A program made the position numbers and the translations under genes. This document shows positions 36,713 through 46,183 of a stretch of DNA of 50,313 nucleotides, in pieces. Location of the stretch: positions 1 to 50,313 of the IMG/VR virus record IMGVR_UViG_3300037424_001491. One strand, written 5' to 3'. The stretch comes from a virus (taxonomy: Duplodnaviria > Caudoviricetes). Each line of letters starts with the position of its first letter. Position 1 is the first letter of the stretch. The notes beneath the pieces were generated by a model that did not search any database, had not been told where the DNA came from, and saw only the letters and a program-made list of their open reading frames with translations.

Positions 36713-37965
36713 GCGACCTGACCATACTCGGGCACGATAGCCGCCTTCTGGACGGCACGCCCACGGCCACGGACACGGATCCGGATCCGGACGCCGGGTA
36801 TAACGTACTGAACCTCTCGGACCTTATGGGCGACACCTGGTGGCAGGGTAACGGCCCCGGCACCAAGTACATCACCGCTCCGTGCAACAGGGTTCAGAAC
36901 CCTTCCTTCGAGAGCGATTTTACGAACTGGAGGCAGAACTCAGCGGTGATCGAGACCTCCGTGGTCTACTCGGGCTCGAAGTGCGCGAAGCTCGTGGCCT
37001 CGGGCGGTAATGTCACCGGGGCCGTCTCCGACGCCTTTACCCTCGACGGCACGGTGGTGAGCCGCGTCCAGGTGCGTAACAGTATCACGGGTTACGCGAG
37101 CGGCAAATACCGCATCCGCCTGATCTGCCTCGATGCGGCCGGGGTCACGCTCAGCACCCTCGTGCTGTACGATTACACGGCGGATATGGGCTGGACGCTG
37201 CTCACGAAGTCGGTCGGCCCGGCTGGCTCCGGCGCGGACGTCACGCTCCCTCAGGGTACCGTCGCCGCGAAGGTCTATACGAACTGGTACGATGCGGTCG
37301 CGGCGGTGGGCACGGCGTACACGGACGCATGGGCCGTATACCCGAACGCTGCCACGTCGGGCCTCGGCATCCGCAGGCATAACCTCGGCTCTGCCGTGGC
37401 CTCCGTAAGCGTGGAGTACTCCGAGACCGGGCTCTGGGCCGGGGAAGAGGTCGAGGCGCTAGCGCCCTTCACCCCGGCGGACGACCGGCCCGTGCTCAAG
37501 ACGTTCGCCTCCGCCACCGCGCCCTACTGGCGGGTCGGGATCGTCACGGCCTCGGTCGCCGCGAGGATGTCTATTCTGATACTCGGCGAGCCGCTCACCT
37601 GCCCGTATCCGCCCGAGGCTCCCTTCGCTGTCTACGACGAGGAGACCACTTCCGACGACCCGTGGAGCCCGGGAGGCGAACCCCTCCGGGTGGACGTGGA
37701 GGGCCACCGGCGACACCTCGCGGCCAGCGTGGTGTCGCTCGACAGCGCGTGGGTCATGGGCACATTCCGCCCCTGGTGGAGGCGGCACGCCCGGCATATG
37801 AGGCCGTTCCTGATCGCCCCCGACCTCGACCTCCTGCCGAAGGTTATATTCTGGATGCGCAGGAAGAAGGGCTCGAAGCTCGAGACCCCGCAGCGCCTAT
37901 GGGGCGTGGTGGACCGCATCACCCTCGACCTGGCCGGGCCTGACGACGACCCGGAGGCCGGATAG
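36709..37965 (+). CDS. Distal tail-like protein with an inserted carbohydrate-binding module
   Basis: Follows TMP; internal VQNPSFESDFTNW...YSGSKCAKL CBM-like block. Confidence 0.55.
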   Translation: MSDLTILGHDSRLLDGTPTATDTDPDPDAGYNVLNLSDLMGDTWWQGNGPGTKYITAPCNRVQNPSFESDFTNWRQNSAVIETSVVYSGSKCAKLVASGGNVTGAVSDAFTLDGTVVSRVQVRNSITGYASGKYRIRLICLDAAGVTLSTLVLYDYTADMGWTLLTKSVGPAGSGADVTLPQGTVAAKVYTNWYDAVAAVGTAYTDAWAVYPNAATSGLGIRRHNLGSAVASVSVEYSETGLWAGEEVEALAPFTPADDRPVLKTFASATAPYWRVGIVTASVAARMSILILGEPLTCPYPPEAPFAVYDEETTSDDPWSPGGEPLRVDVEGHRRHLAASVVSLDSAWVMGTFRPWWRRHARHMRPFLIAPDLDLLPKVIFWMRRKKGSKLETPQRLWGVVDRITLDLAGPDDDPEAG

Positions 37966-37966
37966 T

Positions 37967-39700
37967 ATGCCGACCTTCGACGGGCACAGGGCCGAGGCCT
38001 CGCGCGAGCACAAGTGGATGGCCACCCTCGTGCTGGACGCCTGCACGCTCACCTTCGGGACAGGCGCATGCACGGCCACGGGGCCGAAGTGCTACAACAC
38101 GTATGACACCTGCCGCGACCGCGCGAACTATGCCCCGGAGCCCAAACGGTACCGCTACACCACGCACGAGACACCCTTCCACGGACCGCGCCAGCTGGTC
38201 AGGGAAGTCAGGCTCGGCCCGACCGCGATCCACAAGGACAAGACCCAGACCGGGAGGGCGTATATCACGTGCAACAACGCGCTCACGCGCGATACCGTGC
38301 TCGACAAGTACATCGCCACCCGCCCGGATCCTCTCGTGGAAGCCCCCGAGTTCACCAAGCTGAAGGCGCGCCACCGCGACAGTTACGAGGGCCGTCCGGT
38401 GGAGATCCGCGAGGGCTTCGACGACCTGGCCGAGGCGGACTGGCGGCTCGCCTTCGTCGGGCAGATCGAGAAGTTCATCACCAAGGGCTCCACGGCCAGC
38501 ATAGAGGCCCCCGGCCTCGGCCGCGACCTCTCCAAGGTCAAGCCGGTGGCCGAGATCTCCGTGACCACCATCACCGAGATCTCGGCTTCGTCGGATTACG
38601 TCCCCCTGTCAAGCATCGAGGAGATTCCCGTGCCCGGAGTGGGCGAGACGCTCCATTTAGCCATCGACGAGAAGGAGATCGTCGGATACACTGGGGTGGA
38701 CACCGAGGCCTACCGCGTCACGGGGGTGACGCGCGGCCTGTACGGCACAGCGGCAGTGGCCCACGCCCGTGACGTCAAGGTCGGCCTTGCCCGCGTGTAC
38801 GACGGGCATCCCTTCGACATCATCAAGGATCAGATACTGCTCGGCGATGCCGGATATCCCTCCGCGCTCATCGACACGGCCAGCTTCGCGAAGTGGCGCG
38901 ATTTCCCCGACACGCCCGTGGACTTTCAGGCAGTCATTACAGACACGGACGTGGACCTTCAGACCCTTATTTTCGAGATCGTGGATCTGCTGGAGGCGCG
39001 GTTCTGGGAGAATGAGGACGGGCAGCTCACCATCAGGCGGAACGTACATAACGAGCCGGGCAAGGTCTACGAGCACTTCACGGACGCGGCGGCGTCCACC
39101 GTGCCGGTCGTGACGCGCGACCTCGACGAGCGCCACACGTCCACCTGGATACTCTGGAACCGGGGCGTATTCGACGACCACGACGAGGCCCGCTCGTACT
39201 CGCGCGTGGCCACCTCGCCAGACGTGGGCCTTGAGGGAGAGCACGCCCTCGGCAGGAAGATCCCCTACGTGATCAGAAACCGCTGGCACAGGCGGGGGAT
39301 GGCCACGGACAAGGCCCTGAACAACTTCAACCGCAACGCGGCCATCCGGAAGACCTGGCGCTTGAAGCTCGGCCCGCACACCTACGAGGCCGAGTACGGG
39401 CTCGAAAAGTCGCACGTGCGCGTGGGCGATTACGTCTGGCTCAGCACCTCGCACATCCTGAACGCGGACACGAGCCCTTACGACCGCGAGGCCTTCGAGG
39501 TGGTCTACCGCGAGCGCCTCCGTAGCGGCCGCATCAGGTTCAAGTTCAGGGAGTGCCTGCGCTCGGGCGTGGCGTACATTGCGCCGAACGATACGCCCAA
39601 ATGGTCGGACGCGTCGGTGCAGCAGCGCAGGTGGTACGGGTTCATATTCAGCGACGACCTGCTCGACCCCGACCCCGACCGGCACACGGTCATGTACTAG
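37967..39700 (+). CDS. Tail tip/hub protein
   Basis: CTATGPKCYNTYDTC Cys cluster; RGLYGTAAVAH; position. Confidence 0.65.
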   Translation: MPTFDGHRAEASREHKWMATLVLDACTLTFGTGACTATGPKCYNTYDTCRDRANYAPEPKRYRYTTHETPFHGPRQLVREVRLGPTAIHKDKTQTGRAYITCNNALTRDTVLDKYIATRPDPLVEAPEFTKLKARHRDSYEGRPVEIREGFDDLAEADWRLAFVGQIEKFITKGSTASIEAPGLGRDLSKVKPVAEISVTTITEISASSDYVPLSSIEEIPVPGVGETLHLAIDEKEIVGYTGVDTEAYRVTGVTRGLYGTAAVAHARDVKVGLARVYDGHPFDIIKDQILLGDAGYPSALIDTASFAKWRDFPDTPVDFQAVITDTDVDLQTLIFEIVDLLEARFWENEDGQLTIRRNVHNEPGKVYEHFTDAAASTVPVVTRDLDERHTSTWILWNRGVFDDHDEARSYSRVATSPDVGLEGEHALGRKIPYVIRNRWHRRGMATDKALNNFNRNAAIRKTWRLKLGPHTYEAEYGLEKSHVRVGDYVWLSTSHILNADTSPYDREAFEVVYRERLRSGRIRFKFRECLRSGVAYIAPNDTPKWSDASVQQRRWYGFIFSDDLLDPDPDRHTVMY

Positions 39701-39712
39701 GAGGAGGACACA

Positions 39713-40717
39713 ATGCCGCCATTCGATGCCATTTTGCAGTCCGAGATCGATGTCGAAGACCCCGTAACCCAGGGGCTCTGCCAGAAGATCAAGGATAACT
39801 TCGACGCCCACGAGTCGGCCATCGGCACGATCGTGGGGGGCAACCTCCCGAACCCGTGGTTCGAGGTGGACGACGGGGGCACGCCCCCGATGCCCTTGAA
39901 CTGGGACGTGTCGACCCTCAGCGGCGGCACGGTGGTGCTCGACGGGGATACCGCGTTCAAGGGGAGCCACGCCCTGAAATTCACGCATCCGGGCGGGGCA
40001 GATAACGGCGGTGGCACGGCGAATAGCGACCTCGCCCCTATCTGCCCGGAGGCTCCCGCCGCCTTGTTCGTGGGGTTCTCCGCCACGAACGCAAGCGTGC
40101 GCGTGACGTTCAGCGTGGACTATTACGATAAGGACAAGGTCTTTATCGACGGCTCCACGGAAATCCTGTACAACAAGGTATCGGTAGTGCCCATGCCAAA
40201 GACCGTCGTTGCCGTACCGCTGACGCCCCCAGCCACCGCACGATACGTGAGCGCGACATGCGTCATGGGCGACACGGACACGGATCCCGGCTCGGCAACG
40301 ACCATCGTGCTCGGGCTCTGCGACCTGGTCACCGGCCCGGTAGTGAGGCTTTATACGCCCGGGGCGGTCACGCTTATCGGTAATGATTCAGCTCGGGTGG
40401 TTAATTCAACGACTCCGGCGGAAGGCCGGGTAGGCGTTGTGAAACGGTTCGGGGTAGTCACGCTAAGCTGGACGATCACGGGCAGTGCAAATAACCGCTT
40501 TTATTATTCGCGGGCGTATATCAATGGCTCACCTGCTGCGGCCCAGTATTCGTTCTTCGACGCGGGCACGCAGGATTACTCGGAGGATCTGGTGGTGCGG
40601 CCGGGGGACAGGGTCTCGGTCTACGTCTGGGATACGTATGGCACGGCGAGCGCCCTGAGTATCTTGAATTTCAGGATAAAGACCGCCGACATATTGACCG
40701 AGAAGATGTTGGTCTAG
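39713..40717 (+). CDS. Putative receptor-binding/tail fibre protein
   Basis: Last tail gene; CBM-like NPWFE...GSHALKF; AT-richer variable C-terminus. Confidence 0.6.
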   Translation: MPPFDAILQSEIDVEDPVTQGLCQKIKDNFDAHESAIGTIVGGNLPNPWFEVDDGGTPPMPLNWDVSTLSGGTVVLDGDTAFKGSHALKFTHPGGADNGGGTANSDLAPICPEAPAALFVGFSATNASVRVTFSVDYYDKDKVFIDGSTEILYNKVSVVPMPKTVVAVPLTPPATARYVSATCVMGDTDTDPGSATTIVLGLCDLVTGPVVRLYTPGAVTLIGNDSARVVNSTTPAEGRVGVVKRFGVVTLSWTITGSANNRFYYSRAYINGSPAAAQYSFFDAGTQDYSEDLVVRPGDRVSVYVWDTYGTASALSILNFRIKTADILTEKMLV

Positions 40718-40730
40718 TAGTAAAGCCAGA

Positions 40731-40805
40731 GGAGCGCGGGCGCGCCGCTGCAACGGCGCACCGACCCATGATCAACCATGGATCACCCGAAACGGGCCAC
40801 GCTCC
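40731..40805 (-). ncRNA. Candidate 75-nt tRNA-like antisense RNA in the MTase leader
   Basis: GGAGCGUG/CGCGCUCC, CCCG-UUU-CGGG, UGAUC-CAUGGUU-GAUCA, GGUGCGCCG-UUGCAG-CGGCGCGCC; G-U pairs only on the minus strand; TGCTACACT extended -10 at 40840-40832. Confidence 0.6.
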
Positions 40806-40856
40806 CCGTGCGCCGTCGACGACGCGGGGATAGTGTAGCACGCTGGGGGGTATCAC

Positions 40857-41654
40857 ATGAAGAGTTTTCTGGCGTATCTGGGAGGCAAGTCCAAGCTTGC
40901 CGGGACGATCGTACCCATGATTCCGCAGCACCGCTGTTACTGCGAGGTCTTCGCCGGGGCCGCGTGGGTGCTCTTCCGTAAGGAGCCCTCGAAGGTCGAG
41001 ATCATCAACGACATCAACTTCGATCTCATCAACCTTTACCGCGTCGTGAAGCATCACCTGGAGGAGTTCGTCCGGTACTTCAAGTGGGCACTCGTCTCCC
41101 GCGATGAGTTCGAGCGCCTGAAAGGGGAGTCCCCGGAGACCCTGACGGACATCCAGCGGGCCGCCCGTTTCTACTACCTCCTGAAGGGTGGGTTCGGGGC
41201 AAAGGTCACGAGCCCGGCTTTCGGCATCTCCCCAACCCAGCCCTCGCGCCTGAACCTCCTGCGTATCGAGGAGGATCTCTCGGCAGCCCACCTCCGGCTC
41301 TCGCGGGTCTATATCGAGAACCTACCTTATGCTGAACTCATCCGCCGCCACGACCGGCCCGAGACCTTCTTCTATGTCGACCCGCCGTACTACGGCCATG
41401 AGAACGACTACGGCAAGGGAGTATTCGGGCGGGAGGACTTCACCACCCTGCGCGACACGCTTGCCGGGGTACAGGGCAGGTTCCTTATGTCCATCAACGA
41501 CGCAGGGGTTATTCGGAAGCTGTTTGCGGATTTCCATATTCAGGAGGCTGCCACTACCTATACGGCCGCTGGAGCCCACAAAGCCAAGCGCGTCAAGGAA
41601 CTGCTGATCTCCAATTACAAGGTAGGGAAGCGGGGTGGATCAACGGCTGTTTGA
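40857..41654 (+). CDS. DNA adenine methyltransferase (D12/Dam-like) at the mom position
   Basis: YLGGKSKLA, EVFAGAAWV, IINDIN, YVDPPYY. Confidence 0.92.
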   Translation: MKSFLAYLGGKSKLAGTIVPMIPQHRCYCEVFAGAAWVLFRKEPSKVEIINDINFDLINLYRVVKHHLEEFVRYFKWALVSRDEFERLKGESPETLTDIQRAARFYYLLKGGFGAKVTSPAFGISPTQPSRLNLLRIEEDLSAAHLRLSRVYIENLPYAELIRRHDRPETFFYVDPPYYGHENDYGKGVFGREDFTTLRDTLAGVQGRFLMSINDAGVIRKLFADFHIQEAATTYTAAGAHKAKRVKELLISNYKVGKRGGSTAV

Positions 41655-41722
41655 TATAATCAAATCCGACCGGCTACCGTATTGTCGCGTTTCCAAGCGC
41701 AGTTAAGTCGCGCGCCGCTATA
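41637..41722 (-). repeat. Right end: subterminal dyad (41637-41656) and terminal IR (41682-41722)
   Basis: Reverse complement TATAGCGGCGCGCGAC...GGAAACGCGACAA mirrors the left end. Confidence 0.8.
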
Positions 41723-41725
41723 CAC

Positions 41726-42013
41726 CCTGCGTATGCATATTTAATGTACGTTGGACAAACAACTCGTCAAAATCTAAGAAAACGCTTTGCCCAGTATCTA
41801 GAAGAGCAAGCAGGAACAAAGAAAAGTCCGCGACCAAAAGTCCAATATATCCTTAGAAAATATGCAGATAATATTTACTTCATTTGCATGCCACTAGATG
41901 CTCAGTTGGATCCTACTACTGTTGAAAATGAACTCCTTAAAGCGATGAAGCCACCCATGAACGATAGATTCCCAGCTGAGGTTAGCAGGGTGTATAGAGG
42001 TATCTTACCGTGA
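41726..42013 (+). pseudogene. GIY-YIG nuclease, C-terminal fragment
   Basis: YVGQT, LRKRF, VENELL and PPMND motifs; GTGA overlap with the DGQHR gene. Confidence 0.85.
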
Positions 42014-43308
42014 CAAAAGCATCCACCGATATAATATGGCTACCGTCCCTAAGGGCTCAGATGGGGGATTGGATTTATTACATTTCATACATGAAATTGA
42101 GTGACATAGCCCAACGGGTTAGGTATGCGGAGGAAATTCATACGAGCAAGACCCTGAACGATCTACTCCAGAGGACGCTAACCTCTCGCTCACAGAAAAT
42201 TGCGGATTACCTCGTTAAGCAAGAGCAACGTTTCTTTAACACATTGATCATTGGGGTTTATGACGGATCGCCCAGTTGGTATGCATTGTCAGTAAACAAG
42301 AACCAGCGCTTTGACCCATCTGACATTCCCGAAGATCTTGAGGGGGCTATCGGATATTTATCTCTCACGGGCAGGGAAAAGCTATTTGCCATCGATGGGC
42401 AGCATAGAGTGGCCGGCATTCATAGGGCCATCAAGCGCAATGCTTCAATTGGCGATGATGAGGTCTCCGTGATATTCCTCTCTGCCAAAAAAGATCCCGA
42501 AAGCATGAAACGTACAAGGCGATTGTTTAGCACTTTAAACCGTTACGCAAAAGCCGTTTCAAAGCGGGATATTATTGCCTTAGACGAAGACGATACTGTA
42601 GCCATTATAATAAGACAATTGCTTGATGAGTATCCTCTATTTTATGACGAGAGGATTAATACTCGCGTGATTGGCAAAAGCATCCCCTCCAATGATAAAG
42701 CAAGCATCACGACTCTAGTCGCTTTATATGATGCGGTAAATATTTACTTGCCTGATTCAAATGACTCTAAATGGAAGGCCTTCCTTAGTGTAAGACCTAA
42801 CGAAAATATTATTCATGAATATTATCAAAAGACTGTTGAACTTTTAGACTGCCTACAAAGACATTTTCCTGAACTACGCCATGTCTCAAAAGATCATACT
42901 CAAACAATAAAATACCGGCATTCAGAGGGTGGGCATCTGCTCTTTAGGCCTGTCGGCTTATTGATGATTGCGCATGTCATAAAACTCTGCGTGCAACATG
43001 GGTTCACGTTAAATGAAGCTGTGAGGAGAATTTCTAAAGTAAATTTAGATTTATCTGCAAACCCTTGGGCTGGCTTGTTGTGGGAGTCAATTAAAAAACG
43101 AATGATCACACGTAAGGAAAATCAACAAGTCGCAATAGTTCTTCTCTTTTACATAATTGGGGGGGACTTGGCTCATATTCGTACAAATCCCACTAAGCTG
43201 CTAGAGCAATACGGTAGCGCAATAAACTGGGACGAGGAAGACTTGGGGAGCCTTAAATTACCAAGAAGGTTGCGATTTAGGCAACAAGGGAGGGGCGAAA
43301 ATGGATGA
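42010..43308 (+). CDS. DGQHR-domain (DndB/ParB-like) protein
   Basis: LQRTL, RFFNTLI, LFAIDGQHRVAGI, RRLFSTLNRYAKAVS. Confidence 0.85.
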   Translation: MTKASTDIIWLPSLRAQMGDWIYYISYMKLSDIAQRVRYAEEIHTSKTLNDLLQRTLTSRSQKIADYLVKQEQRFFNTLIIGVYDGSPSWYALSVNKNQRFDPSDIPEDLEGAIGYLSLTGREKLFAIDGQHRVAGIHRAIKRNASIGDDEVSVIFLSAKKDPESMKRTRRLFSTLNRYAKAVSKRDIIALDEDDTVAIIIRQLLDEYPLFYDERINTRVIGKSIPSNDKASITTLVALYDAVNIYLPDSNDSKWKAFLSVRPNENIIHEYYQKTVELLDCLQRHFPELRHVSKDHTQTIKYRHSEGGHLLFRPVGLLMIAHVIKLCVQHGFTLNEAVRRISKVNLDLSANPWAGLLWESIKKRMITRKENQQVAIVLLFYIIGGDLAHIRTNPTKLLEQYGSAINWDEEDLGSLKLPRRLRFRQQGRGENG

Positions 43309-43609
43309 GAAGATCGGAGAGGCTGTGAAACGTCTCATTGAAGAACAATTTTATTACGTTCAATACCCTAAGGCCCAGGAAACTTCCATATGGGTGGATA
43401 GAGATGGCAGGGTCACCCTTATTGATAAGCTTGACTCCGATCACCTAGAGAGATGCATACATTTAGTCGAGAGGGATATACTTAATTTCAAGAAAACATG
43501 GAAATCAGATATGCGCTACGCTGAACTTGAAGAAATCATAATAACAAGGGCAGAGGCATTGCTTTCCACAATGAAATCTGAATTCCGCAGTAGAGCTGAT
43601 AACATTTAG
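43301..43609 (+). CDS. Hypothetical protein
   Basis: Overlapping co-oriented 102-aa ORF with a GGAGG RBS. Confidence 0.6.
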   Translation: MDEKIGEAVKRLIEEQFYYVQYPKAQETSIWVDRDGRVTLIDKLDSDHLERCIHLVERDILNFKKTWKSDMRYAELEEIIITRAEALLSTMKSEFRSRADNI

Positions 43610-43619
43610 GGGTGCATGT

Positions 43620-46061
43620 ATGGATGGCCTCTTTAGACAGCTTTACAATGCCCCAACTGAAGATGCTGTTAACAGTGTCCTCCAATCCAATCCTATTTTT
43701 CACGATCCTGCCAATTGGCAACCTTACGGAGATACCGAAAGCAATTTCAGCGTAATCGAAAACCAGCAGGCTAATCCTGTAGCTGCCCTTGTCGAAAAGC
43801 TTACCAATTCAATTGACGCGCTCCTTATGAAGAAGTGCCTTGAAGCAGGGATTGACCCAAGATCACACGACGCTCCCCGGACTATGGACGCAGCAGTGCG
43901 CATGTTCTATAACTACGAGAACTTCGATGTTTCAGAGTATAGACGGCAGGTAGCTGAGGACATACAGATTCTGGCTGACCCCAATAGCCCCAAAATGAAC
44001 ACCTCCCTCATCATTTATGACAATGGAGAGGGTCAGCACCCTCAGGCCTTCCCTGGCACTTTCTTGTCGCTACTGCGTGGCAACAAAAACGAGATTAAAT
44101 TCGTTCAAGGCAAATACAATATGGGCGGAGCTGGTGCTGTAGTCTATTGCGGCGAAAATAGATATCAGCTTGTCGCATCAAAGCGCTTTGACAATTCAGG
44201 CAACTTCGGTTTTACCTTGGTCAGAATCCACCCTTTGACAGCGGAAGAAGCTGACACGAAGAAAAACACCTATTACGAATACTTTTGTCCAGAGGGTAGG
44301 ATTCCAGAGTTCCCTATAGATGAGCTTGAATTGAATCTCTTTAATCGGAAATTTCGGACGGGATCTCTCATTAAGCTGTATTCCTATGATCTGCCCCCAG
44401 GCAGTAAGTCCGTTATTTCAAGAGACCTAAATCAGAGCGTTAATGAATATCTTCATAACCCCGCCCTGCCCATTTACATCATTGACCGTAAGGAAAGATA
44501 CCCGAAGGATACGGGTCTTGAGCGCATTATGTTTGGGCTTTCCAATAGGCTACAAGACCAAAAAAACAAGTATGTGGATCGTCAGATATCACTCGTGATC
44601 AATGGGAATAAAGAAGTGGGGGATATCAAGATTTACGCGACTCTTTTTAAGGTCAAGAGCGAAGAAAAGTCAGTCAAGGAATTCAAACAGACAATCCAGA
44701 ACGAATTCTGCAAAAACAATATGAGCGTCGCCTTTAGCCTCAACGGGCAAGTCCATGGCTTCTATACTTCCGAGTTCATCACAAGAGCGTTGAAATGGAA
44801 GCTATTTAAGGACTATCTCCTCATACATGTTGACTGCACACACCTCTCGCTCCATTACAGGAACAACCTTTTTATGGCATCCAGAGATCGCCTTAAGAAC
44901 GGGAAAGAGGCTGATCACATCAGGCGGCTGCTTGCTGATCACATAAGGAAAAGTGAATTAAGCGACATCTACAAGCAAAGGAAAGACTCGTTCTCCGCAG
45001 ACACCAGTGATGCAAATGATCTACTGAAGTCCTTTTCCAAGGGTTTGCCGTTAAATCCTGAAATGCTGAAGTTACTGAAGCAAACCTTTAAACTTGAGGA
45101 GCCCGACAACTCCAAAAAGGAAAAGGATACTAAGCAAAATAAGTCAAAGAAGCCTCCCCCTGATAAGGAACCGTTCGTTTCCAAGAGATATCCATCTGTG
45201 TTTAATATTAACGGAAAGCCTAACAATGAAGGAAAGGTCATGAAAGGCATCCCCATGCCTGGCGATAAAACCATAATGTTCAGCACTGATGTGGAGGATG
45301 AATACTTTGATCGCATTAAAGACAGGGGTGACCTGAAGCTCTTTGTCCTCAACCGTGGGACTAATGATGCAGGAGGAGGAACCGCCCCAGGTGCACCAAG
45401 GGAGATTGAGGATTTTTTCCAGGTCGTCAAATCCAATCCGCATGAGGGAACCATTAGGGTTAATCTGCAGCCAAGGGGTACGCTTCAAGTGGGGGAAGAA
45501 ATCGAGATCAGGGCGGATCTTAGTTCGGTTGAGACACCTGATGAGCCCTTGCAAGCGGTTTTTTACGTGAAAATAGAACAAATGCAGGTTAAGGATCCTA
45601 AGCCCGAAGAGCCTGAAGTTCCTCAGATAGGCTTGCCCGAAATGATCCTGGTCTATAAAGATGACAAAGAAGGCGTCACTACATGGAGCACTCTGGAAGA
45701 GCACGGCATATCCATGGATGATTACGAGATCATGGCTACGATTGCCAATGACAAAGATGAACTTGAGAAGATATTCATTAATATGGACAGCAGCCTAATC
45801 AAGTCATATAAATCAAAGCTTGATGGCGATGAAGCCTTACGTGTTGCCGATAATAAATATGCCTCTCAAGTCTATTTCCATACGCTATTCCTGTACTCAA
45901 TCCTTAAGCAAAAAAACTATGGCTTTTCAGTTGATGGTGATAATAATACCGACAAACCCGTTGAGATTGAAGACGTTTTGCGTGACCTGTTTAGGTCTAG
46001 CTATGGTGAGTTTCTCTTGCGGTTCGGCGGGACAGAGGAACTTATTGCCGCTATAGATTAG
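43620..46061 (+). CDS. GHKL (MORC/HSP90-like) ATPase domain protein
   Basis: LVEKLTNSIDA (N box), YDNGEG (G1), QGKYNMGGAG (G2); long uncharacterised C-terminus. Confidence 0.75.
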   Translation: MDGLFRQLYNAPTEDAVNSVLQSNPIFHDPANWQPYGDTESNFSVIENQQANPVAALVEKLTNSIDALLMKKCLEAGIDPRSHDAPRTMDAAVRMFYNYENFDVSEYRRQVAEDIQILADPNSPKMNTSLIIYDNGEGQHPQAFPGTFLSLLRGNKNEIKFVQGKYNMGGAGAVVYCGENRYQLVASKRFDNSGNFGFTLVRIHPLTAEEADTKKNTYYEYFCPEGRIPEFPIDELELNLFNRKFRTGSLIKLYSYDLPPGSKSVISRDLNQSVNEYLHNPALPIYIIDRKERYPKDTGLERIMFGLSNRLQDQKNKYVDRQISLVINGNKEVGDIKIYATLFKVKSEEKSVKEFKQTIQNEFCKNNMSVAFSLNGQVHGFYTSEFITRALKWKLFKDYLLIHVDCTHLSLHYRNNLFMASRDRLKNGKEADHIRRLLADHIRKSELSDIYKQRKDSFSADTSDANDLLKSFSKGLPLNPEMLKLLKQTFKLEEPDNSKKEKDTKQNKSKKPPPDKEPFVSKRYPSVFNINGKPNNEGKVMKGIPMPGDKTIMFSTDVEDEYFDRIKDRGDLKLFVLNRGTNDAGGGTAPGAPREIEDFFQVVKSNPHEGTIRVNLQPRGTLQVGEEIEIRADLSSVETPDEPLQAVFYVKIEQMQVKDPKPEEPEVPQIGLPEMILVYKDDKEGVTTWSTLEEHGISMDDYEIMATIANDKDELEKIFINMDSSLIKSYKSKLDGDEALRVADNKYASQVYFHTLFLYSILKQKNYGFSVDGDNNTDKPVEIEDVLRDLFRSSYGEFLLRFGGTEELIAAID

Positions 46062-46128
46062 ACTTGGTTCCTGGCTCTCCAGCTTTTCCTGTTCCATAAT
46101 AAAGCGATTTAGCTGCGCTCCCCCCCCC

Positions 46129-46183
46129 TGACAATGTCACAAGACTGAACCGCCCCCTATCCATAGACTTAGGTCTATGGATA
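46129..46183 (+). promoter_or_regulatory. Late promoter of the outer prophage
   Basis: TGAC-AAT-GTCACAAGACT; TATCCATAGAC-TTAG-GTCTATGGATA; homologous to 20020-20077. Confidence 0.7.

Larger units (their letters stand above)
6199..41722 (+). mobile_element. Inner Mu-like transposable prophage, apparently complete (35,524 bp), non-contractile tail
   Basis: Repressor, DDE transposase plus ATPase, Gam, GemA, Mor, lysis, Mu-type head genes, tail tube/TMP without sheath, MTase; terminal IRs and CAC duplication (6196-6198, 41723-41725). Confidence 0.92.
240..46128 (+). mobile_element. Defence island (~10 kb net, interrupted by the inner prophage) between mor and the late promoter of the outer prophage
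   Basis: Visibly AT-richer co-oriented genes at 319-6198 and 41723-46061; in the inner phage the homologous mor gene is directly adjacent to the late promoter. Confidence 0.8.

Noticed and set aside
12435-39988. Many long minus-strand and alternate-frame ORFs (e.g. 12435-13709, 22440-23708, 25475-26800, 38657-39988)
   Set aside because: Shadow ORFs of high-GC genes that have clear phage motifs on the plus strand
40731-40805. True tRNA-Pro(UGG)
   Set aside because: Lacks U33, the GTTCRA T-loop, a normal D-loop and CCA; the arm lengths are atypical
39713-41654. Invertible tail-fibre cassette or diversity-generating retroelement
   Set aside because: No invertase, reverse transcriptase, inverted fibre copies or TR/VR pair seen
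6201-41724. Canonical Mu TG...CA ends (TG at 6201, CA at 41723-41724)
   Set aside because: The flanks CACTA and CCCTG are not duplicated, and the terminal IR register is lost; a 4-bp ACAC duplication also breaks the TAT/ATA symmetry
42010-43308. SspE or a full Dnd operon
   Set aside because: The motif is DGQHR with no HNH visible, and no dndCDE genes are present
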